A stretch of 64,000 nt of DNA from Botryllus schlosseri. Taxonomy: Eukaryota. Shown in pieces: positions 38,250 to 50,879 of this stretch (its first letter is position 1; every line of letters starts with the position of its first letter). Made by a program: the position numbers and the translations under genes. Location of the stretch: positions 30,754,001 to 30,818,000 of the forward strand of contig CM119372.1 in assembly GCA_051294905.1 (NCBI GenBank), read 5' to 3'. The notes below the pieces were generated by a model. It searched no databases, was not told the DNA's origin, and was given only the letters and a program-made list of their open reading frames with translations.

Positions 38250-40048
38250 TTAAGTACGATAGGCTACTTTTGACTTGCCTCCAAATGCGCTGCTTCTTTA
38301 GGAGTGACATACGACATAACATGTCCTATTAGCTGAGCATACCAGGAGTGGATACTTTGACGCTGTAAAGTACTCGGATTTAATGCGTTGTTGATTAGAT
38401 TGACAAGGGTTGTTATGTATTAGATATGAAGTGGTTGAAATACTTGATTACACCGTCACTTTGAGTCTTCCTACCCTGGTGAACCACGCGATAATTTCAA
38501 CTCAGAGGTATTTTATTGTTGGTCCGTACTCCAGTATACCAGGCGATACGCACAAGAAACGCCTTCTTTCATCAACAATAAGTACATACCAACGATGGCA
38601 TGCATTTTGAAAGGCACGGCATGCCGACAAGATGCCGTTGATAGATTGGACACGACTTGTTACTCGACGCCGCAATCGCAGACGAGCAAATGGAAACATT
38701 TTCCAACACAATCCCGACAGTTCAAAGATTAAAATCTTCATTAAACGTGAACCATGTCGAACCCTATTGAAAGGCCCCACAGGTAGCTCACTTTGCAACG
38801 TCAAGTCTGACGCGTGTGACGTGTTTGGCCTGTCGCTCGCGCACGCAGTCATCGGCAGTTCTGCGAAGTGCGAACTTGGCGTGATACGGTGTCTGTTCTC
38901 GCGGTTCTTATATCAATCTGACTCGCATACTTTTCAAACTGCGAATTATAAATATTAAATAGTTTTGTCTGCCAAACTTCTCGAATAGAAGTAAAAGGGG
39001 TCTTAAGTCATAGGCCATAGTCACTTCACTAAGAATAGTTTAAGAACTGAACAGATTGCTGTTGTGGTGATGTTTGCATCTTCTGTATTTTACCTTCACT
39101 AATTCAATAGCGCAGCAGTAAGAATTTGCTAATGAAAGGGCTTGAAATTGATATGTGTCGCATTTAAAAATTTTCCGTAGTAGTCTGGCTTGAGTGGACC
39201 TGGACAGCTGAAGTCACAGTATTTGGGATTTGCGGTAACCAATAAAATGCGTCACGATTGACGCTGCACCAGGATTCATTTTACAGCTTCTAGACGCATT
39301 ACCAGGTATGTAACAAGCCCGTGAATCGGTGTGCACGGCGTGAGCTGAGCTCAGATCACATGCGCCCAGGTTTTTGTCATCCACGTTTCCAGACCCACAG
39401 GAGTAGAAACTTTAGATTCTGTTCATTGTGCATGTTTTCACGACTAGTAAGAACTTGACAGGTCGTATACACTATACAGTCATAAAACCTCTTTCGCGAA
39501 GTGATAATATCGTCCATCAGTACCAAGTATAGATAAGGACGCGATATGCTAGACAGCTCGAGCGGGAGGCTGATATCCACAAATTTTAAGACACGTGGAC
39601 AAGATTTTCCTAATGCCCGGGTATTTTATTTCAAGTAACTGAAACGGTGATATCGCCAATGTTTCTGACGTGTTAGTGTGGAATTGGAATTGGTAGATTT
39701 CGAATATGGTTAGTTGGTAACCGATATATGTGTGATTGTGATACCACCTTAACAGCGCTGTTTGATCGAGATCATTACATTTTTTTCGGGCCTGATTTGA
39801 CGAATTTTGAGCAAATCGCCTCATCGTTGTTGGTTTGCGCAGAATTATGCCGCTGTAGTCACCTAAATTTTGAGAATCTGATTGGAAATGCTGATACCCT
39901 GCGTAGCGACGGTATGCAATGTAAAACTCTCAGTCGGTCTTTACTGGTTTCCCTGCCTTGTGGCTTGTCCTTTCGATAAAATACGCATTATAGCCTTCTC
40001 GCGTTGCTGAGCCGGAATGCATAAAACAAATATCTACCAAATGGTATT

Positions 40049-40632
40049 ATTTGGTCACCATGTTATCGCTGAATGCAAATAAGTTGGAATAAGTATTCCA
40101 TTATTTTATTCACTGAGCTTGATATCAGCCGTGTCGGCGTGAAGTTACTTGTGAAATATACATCAGCAGTCAGCAGTGCTGCATCAGGAGTGCACGGTGT
40201 ACAGGTGGCTGTTTTAAACATACCGCAAAACAGACTATAGGCCTATATGCAAATTACATACGTTAGATATGTGATTCTCCGAGTGCGTAAAACAAATATC
40301 GACCTTAACTTACTGATTTATGTACGTGTTGCGGCGATTACTGGCTTATCGGACGCGCTGCAAAATGGCAATATTTGGTCACCCTGTTATCGCGGATAAG
40401 CCCGCTGTATGCAAATAACTTGGAATAAGTATTCCGTTATTTTATTCGTTGAACTCGATATCAGTCGTGTCGCCGTGAAGTTGCTTGTGAAATACACGAA
40501 ATACATCAGAATTTCTGCATTGGGAGTGTACGGTGTACAGATCCGGATATCTTGAATACACTGCAAGAAGACAGACTATAGGCCTATATGCAAATTATTG
40601 GTTGGTTGATACGTTATAAATGTGATTCTCCG
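40049..40632. repeat. Diverged tandem duplication (~325-bp period)
   Basis: atttggtcacc.tgttatcgc...gcaaataa.ttggaataagtattcc...cagactataggcctatatgcaaatta...atgtgattctccg occurs at ~40049-40281 and again at ~40373-40632. Confidence 0.85.
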
Positions 40633-40699
40633 TTTCCGAATGCTTCATTCCAGACCAATCCATCAGAATTGACTATGTAAGTACAGTTGTGTTGCTGTG

Positions 40700-41179
40700 T
40701 AGGGCTGGGCAAAATCGAGTACCAGAGTGATTCGATTCTGAATGAGGTATTACGCTTCGAGTCGAGCATTCGAGTATCGCCCATTGTGACGTCACAACAA
40801 AATGTACTCCGTCTAAGTTCAAATATGTACCTTTTATGCCACCACAAAGAAGATATAATGCCTGTTATCCGTCACATTAAAGATACTTTGGTAGTTTTTC
40901 GACCATACCGATTTGATTGCACTTTTGACAATGTTTTGGGATGATCATAACGTTCGTAGCTTTGTGCTATGTCTCGTATACTGCGACACGGCCAATCACG
41001 GTTTCAGGGCTTCCTCAGTGGAAAATAGTATCAAAACTATAATTCTCGTTAGTAAATTAACTTTCAGTAGCGAGTAGCGTATAATTACAGTACTCGAAAA
41101 AAATCGTCTTTTACTACTCGACTCGAATAATTAAAATTATTACTCGATTCAGATTCGACTACTCATTGTGCTCAGCCCT
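40700..41179. mobile_element. hAT-like MITE with TAGGGCTG ends and ACTCGA/TTCGA repeats
   Basis: tagggctgggca / tgctcagccct termini; related ends at 23412 and 50692; no TSD found. Confidence 0.55.
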
Positions 41180-41229
41180 TGTGACTTTCAGTTAGGCATA
41201 GTCGTAGTCATATTATGGTCAGTCATAAT

Positions 41230-42897
41230 CATAGGCGCCGAACGCTAATTTTCCTTAGGTATGCGGGTTCGATGACGTCACAAAAGAATGACGTCATAAT
41301 CTGACGGAATTGATAATTAGGGTTAATATAGCATCGATTCATGAGGGTTAAGTGCATGCGTAAATGCCGATTATATATTCTCCTAGTGTTAACGAACTTG
41401 TGCGTATGTTAAGCTTTTTAGCGAGTCCGGAAGTGCTGTCAATTAGCGAGTCGCTCGCGAACAATTAAATACGCTGGTTATCAACGCGTATTACGTAACC
41501 TCGGCGACGATTTGCGCAAGGCCAAATATCCGAGTTGTTATGGAATCTGTTCTATAATGGCACCGATTTCAGGTTGTTCAAACCTTTCTAGTCTTTTACA
41601 ACTCAAGCCTTGACACACATCTTCTGATGGATATGTTTAGGTATTAGCGGAATCCAATTACGCACGCACGGTGGACGCCAGTGATGAGCGGATAGTGCTT
41701 TTCGAGACTCCGAATCCCTCCGACAACTTTAGTGTCTAAGGAAAACTCCCTCCGACTCCGAACAGCTCAATCCCAGACTCCGAGATACTCCGACGAATCT
41801 CGTCAAGTATCCGAAACAGTGGCAAGCATGGTACACTTGGTAATGTGCTTTACTAAATTAATGTGATAATATGGTTGGCCTCATAGTATTGTCTACTCTC
41901 CAGTCCCCAACTGCAGTGCAGATGTCTGATTTTTATGCACTTGGCAATCATTTTTACATGTTGCCTGTCATATTACAATTTTACAAGGTGTCAACTGTCT
42001 GTGTTTTGGTTTGTAAACATAATTAAGATTGTATTCTGGTCAGAGCTATCCAAAGATACCGGAGACAAAAGTTACAATACTCCAAAATTCTCCGAAAAAA
42101 TATCTGTAGTAAGCTCCGACTCCGCTCTGACTGTCACAAAATCGACAAAACTCCGCTCCGAATCCACTCCGACTCCTCTCCGGTGCTCATCACTAGTGGA
42201 CGCACAATCGCACATGTCTGCGGACATTCGATGTCATTCAGTTTAGCGATGTCACTCTTTAATTACAGTCGCCAATCAGCATACACCTATAACTGCATTG
42301 TCTTCAAGCCATCGACAGATTGGAGCCAACGCATGCTAGGCTCGAGACGCGATGGTTGGCCACTGACCAGTGGCCACAGGCCAGCGATGATATCTTTCAT
42401 ACCAGGCCTGTTGCAGATGCGATTGTGCAGGCAAGCGATGATTTCGTGCCCGTCAATGCAGATGTGATAGTGCAGGCTAGCGATGGTACAGTACGCATCG
42501 GGCCTACTGCTGATGTGATTGTTCAAGCCAGTGAAACTAGGCTTGTTGGAGACGCGATAAATCAGGCAAGCGTCCCAAGCGACGATTGCCGAGCGCACGG
42601 CAATCAATGACATAAATTCGCGATCGTCTCAGCGGGATATCGCGTCGAGTTACATTGTGCACAGACGAATCTCGCTAATTGGCAACACGCTTCTCCCTAA
42701 TTGCCCGCTCGCAACGGGTTACCTCGCTCACATAAGCGGCAGCAGGTAATATCGTTAACGGAAATACATTTTGTTCTAAATAACACAATCGGGGTTTATG
42801 CCGATGCAAGCCAAACGGAATACTAGGTATGCTGCATACCTAAAAAAATGTCTAGGTATGCGTGGCATACCTGACATACACAGGTTCGGCGCCTATG
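41230..42897. mobile_element. hAT-like element, 1668 bp, with a nested MITE
   Basis: Perfect 14-bp TIRs cataggcgccgaac / gttcggcgcctatg; aggtatgc subterminal motifs; exact TSD GTCATAAT. Confidence 0.92.
41679..42195. mobile_element. Nested hAT-like MITE with ACTCCG arrays
   Basis: cagtgatgagc / gctcatcacta termini; exact TSD GTGGACGC. Confidence 0.9.
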
Positions 42898-45028
42898 GTC
42901 ATAATCGCGCTGGAATATATGTTTGGACTTGGAGGATATCTTGATATGCTAACGTGATCTCAAATTGAAAAACTGCTTTACAAAGCAGATAATGAGCATT
43001 GACTATCGGATTCGGAGTTGAAATAAAAATTCAGCTTATAGGTATGTCTTGTATAGAAATTTTTGTGTATTTAAAACCTAATATATAATCTTTTCGGACC
43101 GTATTCGGGATTATTCGCTAATTAGACCGAGCCAAGACCTTGACGTTTTCAATGATATATAATGGGGTATAAGGACGACACGTTACAGAGCCCACAGGTG
43201 AGATGTAGCAACCAAATGAAGTCGAAGAAAACAAATCTCTACTTTACTTTGATGATGTAGTAATCCTGCCTATTCTCCTGATGCGAGTTTGACACCGTAA
43301 TCAAAATGCAAGCCCGAAATCAGTCTTGTTACCGATTAAGTTATGGCCGTTCCAAAATCCTGATCCTTTACAGCAGAGCTGTGAAGTTGTGCACTGTGTA
43401 TTGTGCATACCGCGAAAAAGTGTATTTGTAATATAGCTTATTGTCTTGCACAATTGAGCAAAAATATATCGGGGTGAGAGAAGAGACAAAATACATTTAC
43501 TAAACCATGCAGAAGCTGACTTTGCACATTAAATGTTTGTGTCAAAATTTTATGAATGACCTGAATTTTTTTCGCATTTCGCGATGTTTACCAGCCATTA
43601 ATTACTGTTATGTGAGGCCCAATTTCGAGTTTTTTAGATAAATCCAGCCAACACTGTTACTTTTTCGTAATAAGATTACAAGGTTACGGGATCCGACCGT
43701 AGCGTATCCATTGGATTGTGGGGGTCGGAACTCCACTTTGTCCAGTTGCGCCTATGTTTGCCAAGGATGTTTCAATCGCCTACCGTTTATAGTAGAATAT
43801 AGAACGGTACCGGCTATCGGTTTCTATACATCTGTGATGCAATTTCGAAAAGGCCCGCAGATTATTATCACCGGAGAAACGTTTTACCGTAGGCCTACAT
43901 CTCCGGTTTGCGCCAAACACTGAAAGCTATCATATCTGCATTGAAGGGTAAATTTCCGTTACTGGTGCTAGAGTTTTGTCCGTCGAGAACCAACATCTCA
44001 TCGCTGACACCCTTCTACCAAATCAACGAAATAACTACCTTCGAATGTTATGTGGTAATGTTGTAACGTAAATCACTCTTATTAAAAACAATTATGAGCG
44101 CGAGGACAATTTTTATGATATGAGATGACGACAATAAAGTACACGCCGACCACAGAAAAGTAGAAGTTGAGCTATCAAAACTATTGCGCGCCAAAGAAAA
44201 ATTTTACCTAGAAATAATTTTTCGTGTCACTTTCTGTAACAAAAAAATGAATTGAGCTACCGTCTGTCGAGCAGTTGAACTGCGCAGTTTCGTTGAATCC
44301 ATACGATAAGTAAGCACTAAGCACTAAGCAGCCATGCTTGGTAAGATCCGGGTACTTATTGAAGTGAAAATACAATTCTTGGAATATCCGGGCTGCAAAC
44401 TGAGTATTTTCCGTTCTCATGGATGCTAATCCTTAAGCAACTGGTTAATCGCAGCGTGAACCCTCATTGCAGCTTACACGGGGACCACGACGTATTATCA
44501 ATTGCCTTTGAATATAGCCGTGTTTTCCTGTGTATTCTTATCGAATTTAGTACGGGATTAGGAAGGCTTTAACGGCTTACGTACTATAGTCGTGGAGAGA
44601 ACAGTGGCGCTCGATCTATTTTCTGACATTGTGGAGTACAGGACTCTCTCAAATTGACACAGTAGCATGGGTTGTAAGCTTATATTTATTAGTGAATAAC
44701 GTATTTACCCGATATATATTGTGGAAAATTCTATGCGAACAGAACACAACGTCAGCATGGCCCTATAGAAGTAGCAGTCGGCAGTGAAGTATACTGATAG
44801 GTAGGATATCCGCAGCCCAGTATAAGCACCAAGCAGCTAAGGAACAAAGTCGCTTTGATCACCAAGAGGCATAATTTTTGCCCGCGACAAACTGTGATCT
44901 GCCCAACCGCAGTACTTATTGAAGTGAAGATCTTCTGCTTGTATACATGCGTCGTTGTTGTATGTTCCGACGACCATGAAACACCGTTCTGAGTCTTCAT
45001 TTCTTATAAATCAATACGTTTCCGCGTT

Positions 45029-45052
45029 GAGAGAGAGAGAGAGAGAGAGAGA
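45029..45052. repeat. (GA)12 microsatellite
   Basis: Read directly; ~1.45 kb upstream of the Frizzled ATG. Confidence 0.95.
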
Positions 45053-45300
45053 TTGAGCGAGGGAGATAGTTTATAAGGTTTTAACGTCAAAAGTAGTTTA
45101 CTATTCACAAGTAATTATAGCCTGGACATCGGGCAACATTCGAAAAATCGGTGGAACGGTGCCTTTCCTAACTAGATTGACACATTTGAGATCGAAAATG
45201 AACGTATGTAACTTCATTGCTATGGCGTGGATGAATTCCCGAAATTTCTCAGGTATCGTACGTTTCTGTGGCTAATAGTGTGAGACGCATCATCCTAAAC

Positions 45301-45890
45301 CAGTGATTCTCAACCGCCGGTCCGCGTCATCTTTCCGACCTGTCCAGCAAATGTATTCAAAAAAAATTATTATCTATTAATTATAGAAATAAAGCACGAA
45401 AACGTAAACTTGTTTACAAATGCGGAGCGTATTTAGAACGTATTGAGGTGATATACAGCTCATGGCCTACTAAACCGTTGAAAAGTAGCCTAGATGTCGT
45501 TTAAAACTAGTAATATTTGAGCTAAAATGACTTCAAAAAATGTGTCGAACTTCGACAGTACAATTTAGCGGCAAGATAATCGAATCTAGAAAACAGCGAA
45601 GTCATTTTTCTTTCAAAAAAACAACCAAACAGTTAAAATCTGGTTGGTGGCTTTAGCAGGATTTAGCATCGCAGAAACTTCAATAGAACTACCAGCTATG
45701 CGCATAACAGGTGTGTTATCATAAAAAGCAGCAAATTTCTCATTTAAACTAAAGTCCCAATTATCGGTTTTGAGTTGCATACTTTTCACGCAACTACACT
45801 CTTAGCATACATGTTGCTGAAAGTTTAGCGGTCCATATTATGTAGCTTGCAATTTTCCCGGTTTGCTATAGCTGAAAAGATTAAGAGCGT
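45301..45890. mobile_element. Degenerate Charlie-type MITE related to 24359-26199
   Basis: Left end cagtgattctcaaccgccggtccgcg matches 24359; right end is eroded and approximate. Confidence 0.5.
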
Positions 45891-46505
45891 CCTTAAATAC
45901 TTGTTTGATCGACATAATCGAATATTTATATGTTTACTTTATACTTTACCTGTTTTAGCATAATCTTCGACTAAAAAGGCGCCAGCGACTATTTCCATTA
46001 CAGTTTGTCGGCAGTAACGGACGGAACGTTATGGAGACTGCGGGCGTAATTTGCAAACTGTTTAAAATCACGCAGGGCGATGTCGCTCAGTCATCATTTC
46101 CAACGTATACAGAATTTTAAAACAATACGCGTCGCTACGCTTTGTCGCCAAGGTCCACAATTATCGTAACGCTGCGAAAATATTTGTCGATAAAATCTCA
46201 ACAGTGCTCCTCCCATTGTGACAGAAATAACTTACAGATTCGATAACCGATTCGATAACCTACTTTAATCCGGCGGGGATAGTGTACTCCAATATTTCGA
46301 GTGCGCTTGCGGTCCCACTCAAGATCGGCAAGCAAGAATCGGACGCCGCTATTAGTGGATTATTCATAAACGATAAGAGGCTATTGCTGTCTGCGACGGC
46401 ATATTGTCGTGAAGCACTTCTTTACCGTGAAGCGTAGGATATAAGACCCCGAATGTAGTGGTTCCAACGTCTGATATGATGACGAAAAGTCTACGGAGGA
46501 CCACA

Positions 46506-46872
46506 ATGAAGCATGTAGTCATATTCACACTTTTGATAAACGTTTACGGAGCTAAAGCATCCAAGAGACAACGCCGCCAACATCACGTCGAGTCTGCAGG
46601 TTTGCCGAAGATGAAACCTCCGGACATCCCTGGCTACGCGGATTTCGCCAGCCCGGATGAGTGTCAGCGTATACACGTGGGTCTCTGCAAGAACATCGGA
46701 TATAACATGACGAAGATGCCGAACCAGCTCGGTCACAACTCGCAGAGGGAGGCGGAAATGACGTTGGGATCGTTCCAACCGCTCATACAGTACGGGTGCC
46801 ACCGGAATCTCACTTTTTTCCTTTGCACCGTGTATTTTCCGATGTGTGACCCGTCAGTTGCATACCCTATCG
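46506..46872 (+). CDS. FZD4: Frizzled-4-like receptor, coding exon 1 (signal peptide and first half of CRD)
   Basis: MKHVVIFTLLINVYGAKA signal peptide, then CQRIHVGLCKNIGYNMTKMPNQLGHNSQREAEMTLGSFQPLIQYGC...FFLCTVYFPMC, a Frizzled CRD closest to the FZD4 pattern (GYNxTKMPN, PLIQYGC). Donor G|gtgagt at 46873 (phase 1). Alternative in-frame ATGs at 46476/46479. Confidence 0.92.
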
Positions 46873-48440
46873 GTGAGTATTTTGTCAACATTTTAGAGCC
46901 GAATCCGGGCCAGGATGCAAGATTTGAATTCAATCAATTACCATCATGTATTGTCCGGATCAAAATAGATATCCTGTACTAGGGATATAGAATCGCAGCT
47001 GATTCGAATCAGACACTGGTACTTGCTAACAAATCGAATGTCCGCTTCTGAAATTTGCAGAAAGCTATCTCGCATTAGATATTACTGAATGGTCAAATTC
47101 CCATTTCCATTATCATTATCAAGCCATGGGATCTGTGACTATTATATGGGTTTTGTTATTGTTATTGTTGCTAAGTGTAGGCCTACATTTCTTACGGTAT
47201 GCATAACGCGCATATCCAAGAGTAATTATAGAAGCAGAATTCAGTACGATTCCATTCACTATGTTCTCAGTAAACTAAATTTGCTATCGTTGATTAGCTG
47301 AAAACTGCCTTTCAGGTAAGGCTGGTAAACGCATTACCAGCAATCAGGAGTTTCCAAATTCGGAACTGAATTCTTTCAACAATCATCACGATTACGTATA
47401 GTAACGGTTCGACTGCCACGAGACATGAAGATGGCAGTAAATACCAATACCGTATTATCATATACCAAACTCACATTTGCAAAAATTTTCTGTAATGCAA
47501 ATATTTCTCCCTTTAAGGTAGATATTATGGGTCGCAACACAAACATGGTTCGCGAAGAGTATAATTTTGACCCGCGACAGCACCTGAGTTAACTTTTGCG
47601 GATGGTGCTCAAAAAGGTTGAAAAGCACTGATACAATGATAAGACGATTAATCAACTTTCGGGAGTTGGCTTCGAGGGGCCCTTATTAATGTTACTAATA
47701 CGTTTTTTGAAGAATGTTCTTAATTTGTGAAATTCAGGACAGATTGTCGCTGATATTGGTATATCGAACACACTCATACACCAGACCAAACTCCAAATTC
47801 GCATTTCTTCACGGGGCGCATTATTTTACGATGCGGGTGGCATTTGCACCGCGAGGCTCCGAGTGCATGGGGCACTATTGGGCACTGGCCATTTCGTCGT
47901 CTGGACATTTCAATATCGAAGGTTTTAACCGAAATGCGGACGTCATTTGGGTCAAGGTTTTATAGCCGCCTATCTTATTCTGTAGCACGCATCGTGGAGT
48001 CGCACGCCGGCCGAAACTTTATGTCTTGACGTGTCTGTCCTTCGGTGAAGATGGCCGACGCTGAAATGCCGGTTCTTGAGAATGTCCCGCACCAGCAGAT
48101 TGCACGGTGCACGCCCCTAGATTAATGCTTCCCATGGGTGTCAAACGGCCTCAAAGCTATACTGATAGGAACTCACCGTTCTTTCGTAATTTTGAATACA
48201 ATTAAAAGCTCATTTCTGTAAAGTATCCTTATTTTTTTAAAACTTTTGGGAAGGCGAGCGTACTCATATTATTAACAAGAAATATAGTGACATTCAATCG
48301 CGCGAATTGCGAAGTAAATTTGCTAGTGGAATATATCTGTCCTAAAATATATCTACTATATGTTGATTTACGAAATAAGTACGAGCCCCTTTCGACTCCC
48401 AGCTAATTGGGAGGTTTGGGGAGCGGCGGTTACGGTCATG

Positions 48441-50391
48441 CAGTGGTTCCCAACCTTTTTCGGTGGCAGGGCCAAATTTAGAATTTCAGAGTACGGCCGG
48501 GGCAGAACGAATACCAAGGCAATTTAAGGAACCCAAAATAGTCACCGAAATATGAAAATTGGCATTGTTCCGATCATTCGCTTGACGCCATTGGCCATTG
48601 TGTTGCCGCGCTCCCGTTGTTCAAAACAATCATCCTTTGCTGGCTATTTCGGAGTAGTTTTATTGCCGATTCGTAATTTTGGAATCAGTGCGACACTTGC
48701 TTTCGATGAACACCGACATATCAAATTAATCGGTTGGGTCGCGAGCTATAGGAGTACCAATTATGCTGCTTTTTGCCGGCTAAGCAGTACCCATCTCGGC
48801 GTATTCAATCGTGAGTCACTTGTTGCACATCTATATCTATCCGTAAATTAGTTATCAATACCCAGGGCCGTAACAGCACTTCGTCAGCCCCCCCCCCCCA
48901 ACAAAAAAACGTTTTTCTTGGCCCCCCATAGGGTGAGAAACAGAACTTCGAAGCCCCCAGACCCCCTCAGGCTAGATGACTGTTTACCGCTATTTATCAT
49001 ATAAATTGGGTGTCCGTTTTAGGCAGCTTCTCTCGACTAATCGCGCGAAGCGCGAAAAAATTCTATAATTCATGATTGAATCGGTCAATATAATCGGGAA
49101 TTGCATTTATATTGGTATCAATTTTTATCCTCTCTCTGCTCAAGTAATCAGATTGACCGGTTGAGCCGAGTGCGTTGTGTTTGATAAGGTAGGACCACTC
49201 AATAATAATTAAACATCTTCGGGCGTATACCGGTTGGCAGGAACGAAACAGCACTTCGTCAGGCCCCCCAAAACACTTAGGTCTTGAGCTCCCATAGGGT
49301 GATAAACCGACCCCCCGTGCCGTTGTTAGCTTCTGCCACGAAATCAGGATCCCCGTTTAGTGAGCCGGCGTGGAGCGCGAAAATTTTCGATAATTCAAAA
49401 TATAATAGGCCAATAAGATCGGGAATTGCATATATATTGCTATCAATTTCTTGTCCTCTCTGCTCACGTAATCAGATTTACCGGTAGAGCAGAGTGAAGT
49501 GTCTTGGAAACTGTGGGACCCGTTGGTACGACTTCGTTACATGATGTTATTTCTTATTTTGCGACCTCCAGTCTGCTATATCAAGAAATATAGAATCGCC
49601 CAAACATACTAAACTAAAAGATGCACACGATTTGAAATTGGTAGTTCTTCAATGGCATATAATTCTTCCCTGCGGGATGGTAGCCGATTTGCCTCGTGAC
49701 GTTCAGATTGCCAAGACAGGGGCATTCGGGGCCAGTCATTTAGGCGCCTATGGTCAATTATGCCCATATGTATTTTGAATATACATAAGGAAGTTTTCGG
49801 TCCGCGTAAGGGCAGTCCTTTTCGGCCAAGGTTTTCTCGCAGCCGATTGTTCTGGCACACTTCTTGCAGACATATGCTACATGGCCTAAAACTTTATATG
49901 TCTTTGCGCGTCGTGGCGCGGTAATGGCCAACGCCGATATTCCCACTTCTATAAATCTTGCGTATTTTATCTTGGTCGAAGAGTACCCAATAATTAAGGT
50001 ACTTGAAATATCGCGCGCAGCGCGAAAAATCTTTGAAAAAATTGCATAAAATTTCATAAAATACTCTATAATTTTTGCTAATTCACTAAATAATTTTGGG
50101 GCCCCTTCGAGTTCGCTCCCCCAAATTGGGGGGCTTGGGGTGCGGCAGTTACGGTCCTGTCAATACCTATATCTATGCCTATATCTATAGGTACTGCCCG
50201 TTCAACTGGAAAGTTAGGGCACATTACATTGAAACAGCAGTGACGTAATCGTAGCAGTCTACTCACAACTTTCCTGCAATCCTAATGGAAAACTCAAGAC
50301 TCCAAGCCAAGCAAGAGTATTTTATAAATATTTTTTTTTTCATAAATCGATTTCTCAATATTTTTGTGGGGGCCGCGGTTGGGAATCACTG
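48441..50391. mobile_element. hAT (Charlie-type) element in Frizzled intron 1, hosting a nested element
   Basis: TIRs cagtggttcccaacc / ggttgggaatcactg; only a partial flank duplication (gtcatg). Confidence 0.7.
48863..50159. mobile_element. Nested hAT-like element, 1297 bp
   Basis: cagggccgtaac / gttacggtcctg termini; gccccc subterminal motifs; exact TSD TCAATACC; internal diverged direct duplication (~49050-49175 vs ~49375-49500). Confidence 0.88.
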
Positions 50392-50465
50392 GTCATGACT
50401 AATCAACAACAATAGCAATAGCGTGTTCAGAATAGAAATGACAAGTTCAATAAAATGCTTATCAG

Positions 50466-50652
50466 GTCCGTGTGAGTCAATGTGCCATTCCGTAATGGAC
50501 AAATGCCGGCATATCATCGTTTCGTTCGGGTTGCCGATACCCGATCACCTCAACTGCTCGGAATTCCCGCCTGAGAACAAGCCAGACAGATTGTGTATGG
50601 AGGGCGACCAGGAAACTGAAGAAGCGACCCAGCAGCCGATTCCAAGATGCAG
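50466..50652 (+). CDS. FZD4: Frizzled-4-like, coding exon 2 (second half of CRD)
   Basis: Acceptor atcag|, GPCESMCHSVMDKCRHIIVSFGLPIPDHLNCSEFPPENKPDRLCMEGD..., donor ag|gtgagt. Phases 1/2 join exons 1 and 3 in frame. Confidence 0.92.
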
Positions 50653-50879
50653 GTGAGTGAAGTAATGACTTGCGCCATGGGATGATTATACTAGGTCTGG
50701 GCGCAAGTACTGGAATCTAAATCGAATCACTCAAGTACTCGATCTTGCCAAGACCTATTAAGCTTCGCCGCGGAAAGCAAGGGATATATATTGCACTTGA
50801 TAGAGAGAGTGATGAAATATGATGCATGCCTGCAGTTAAGTAATAGAGTACTTCTGATTTTTGAGAGTGGTCAACAGAC

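Noticed and set aside
45029..45080. GAGA tract plus TATAA as the Frizzled promoter
   Set aside because: Cannot be supported from sequence alone; a MITE lies between it and the ATG, and the transcription start is unknown.
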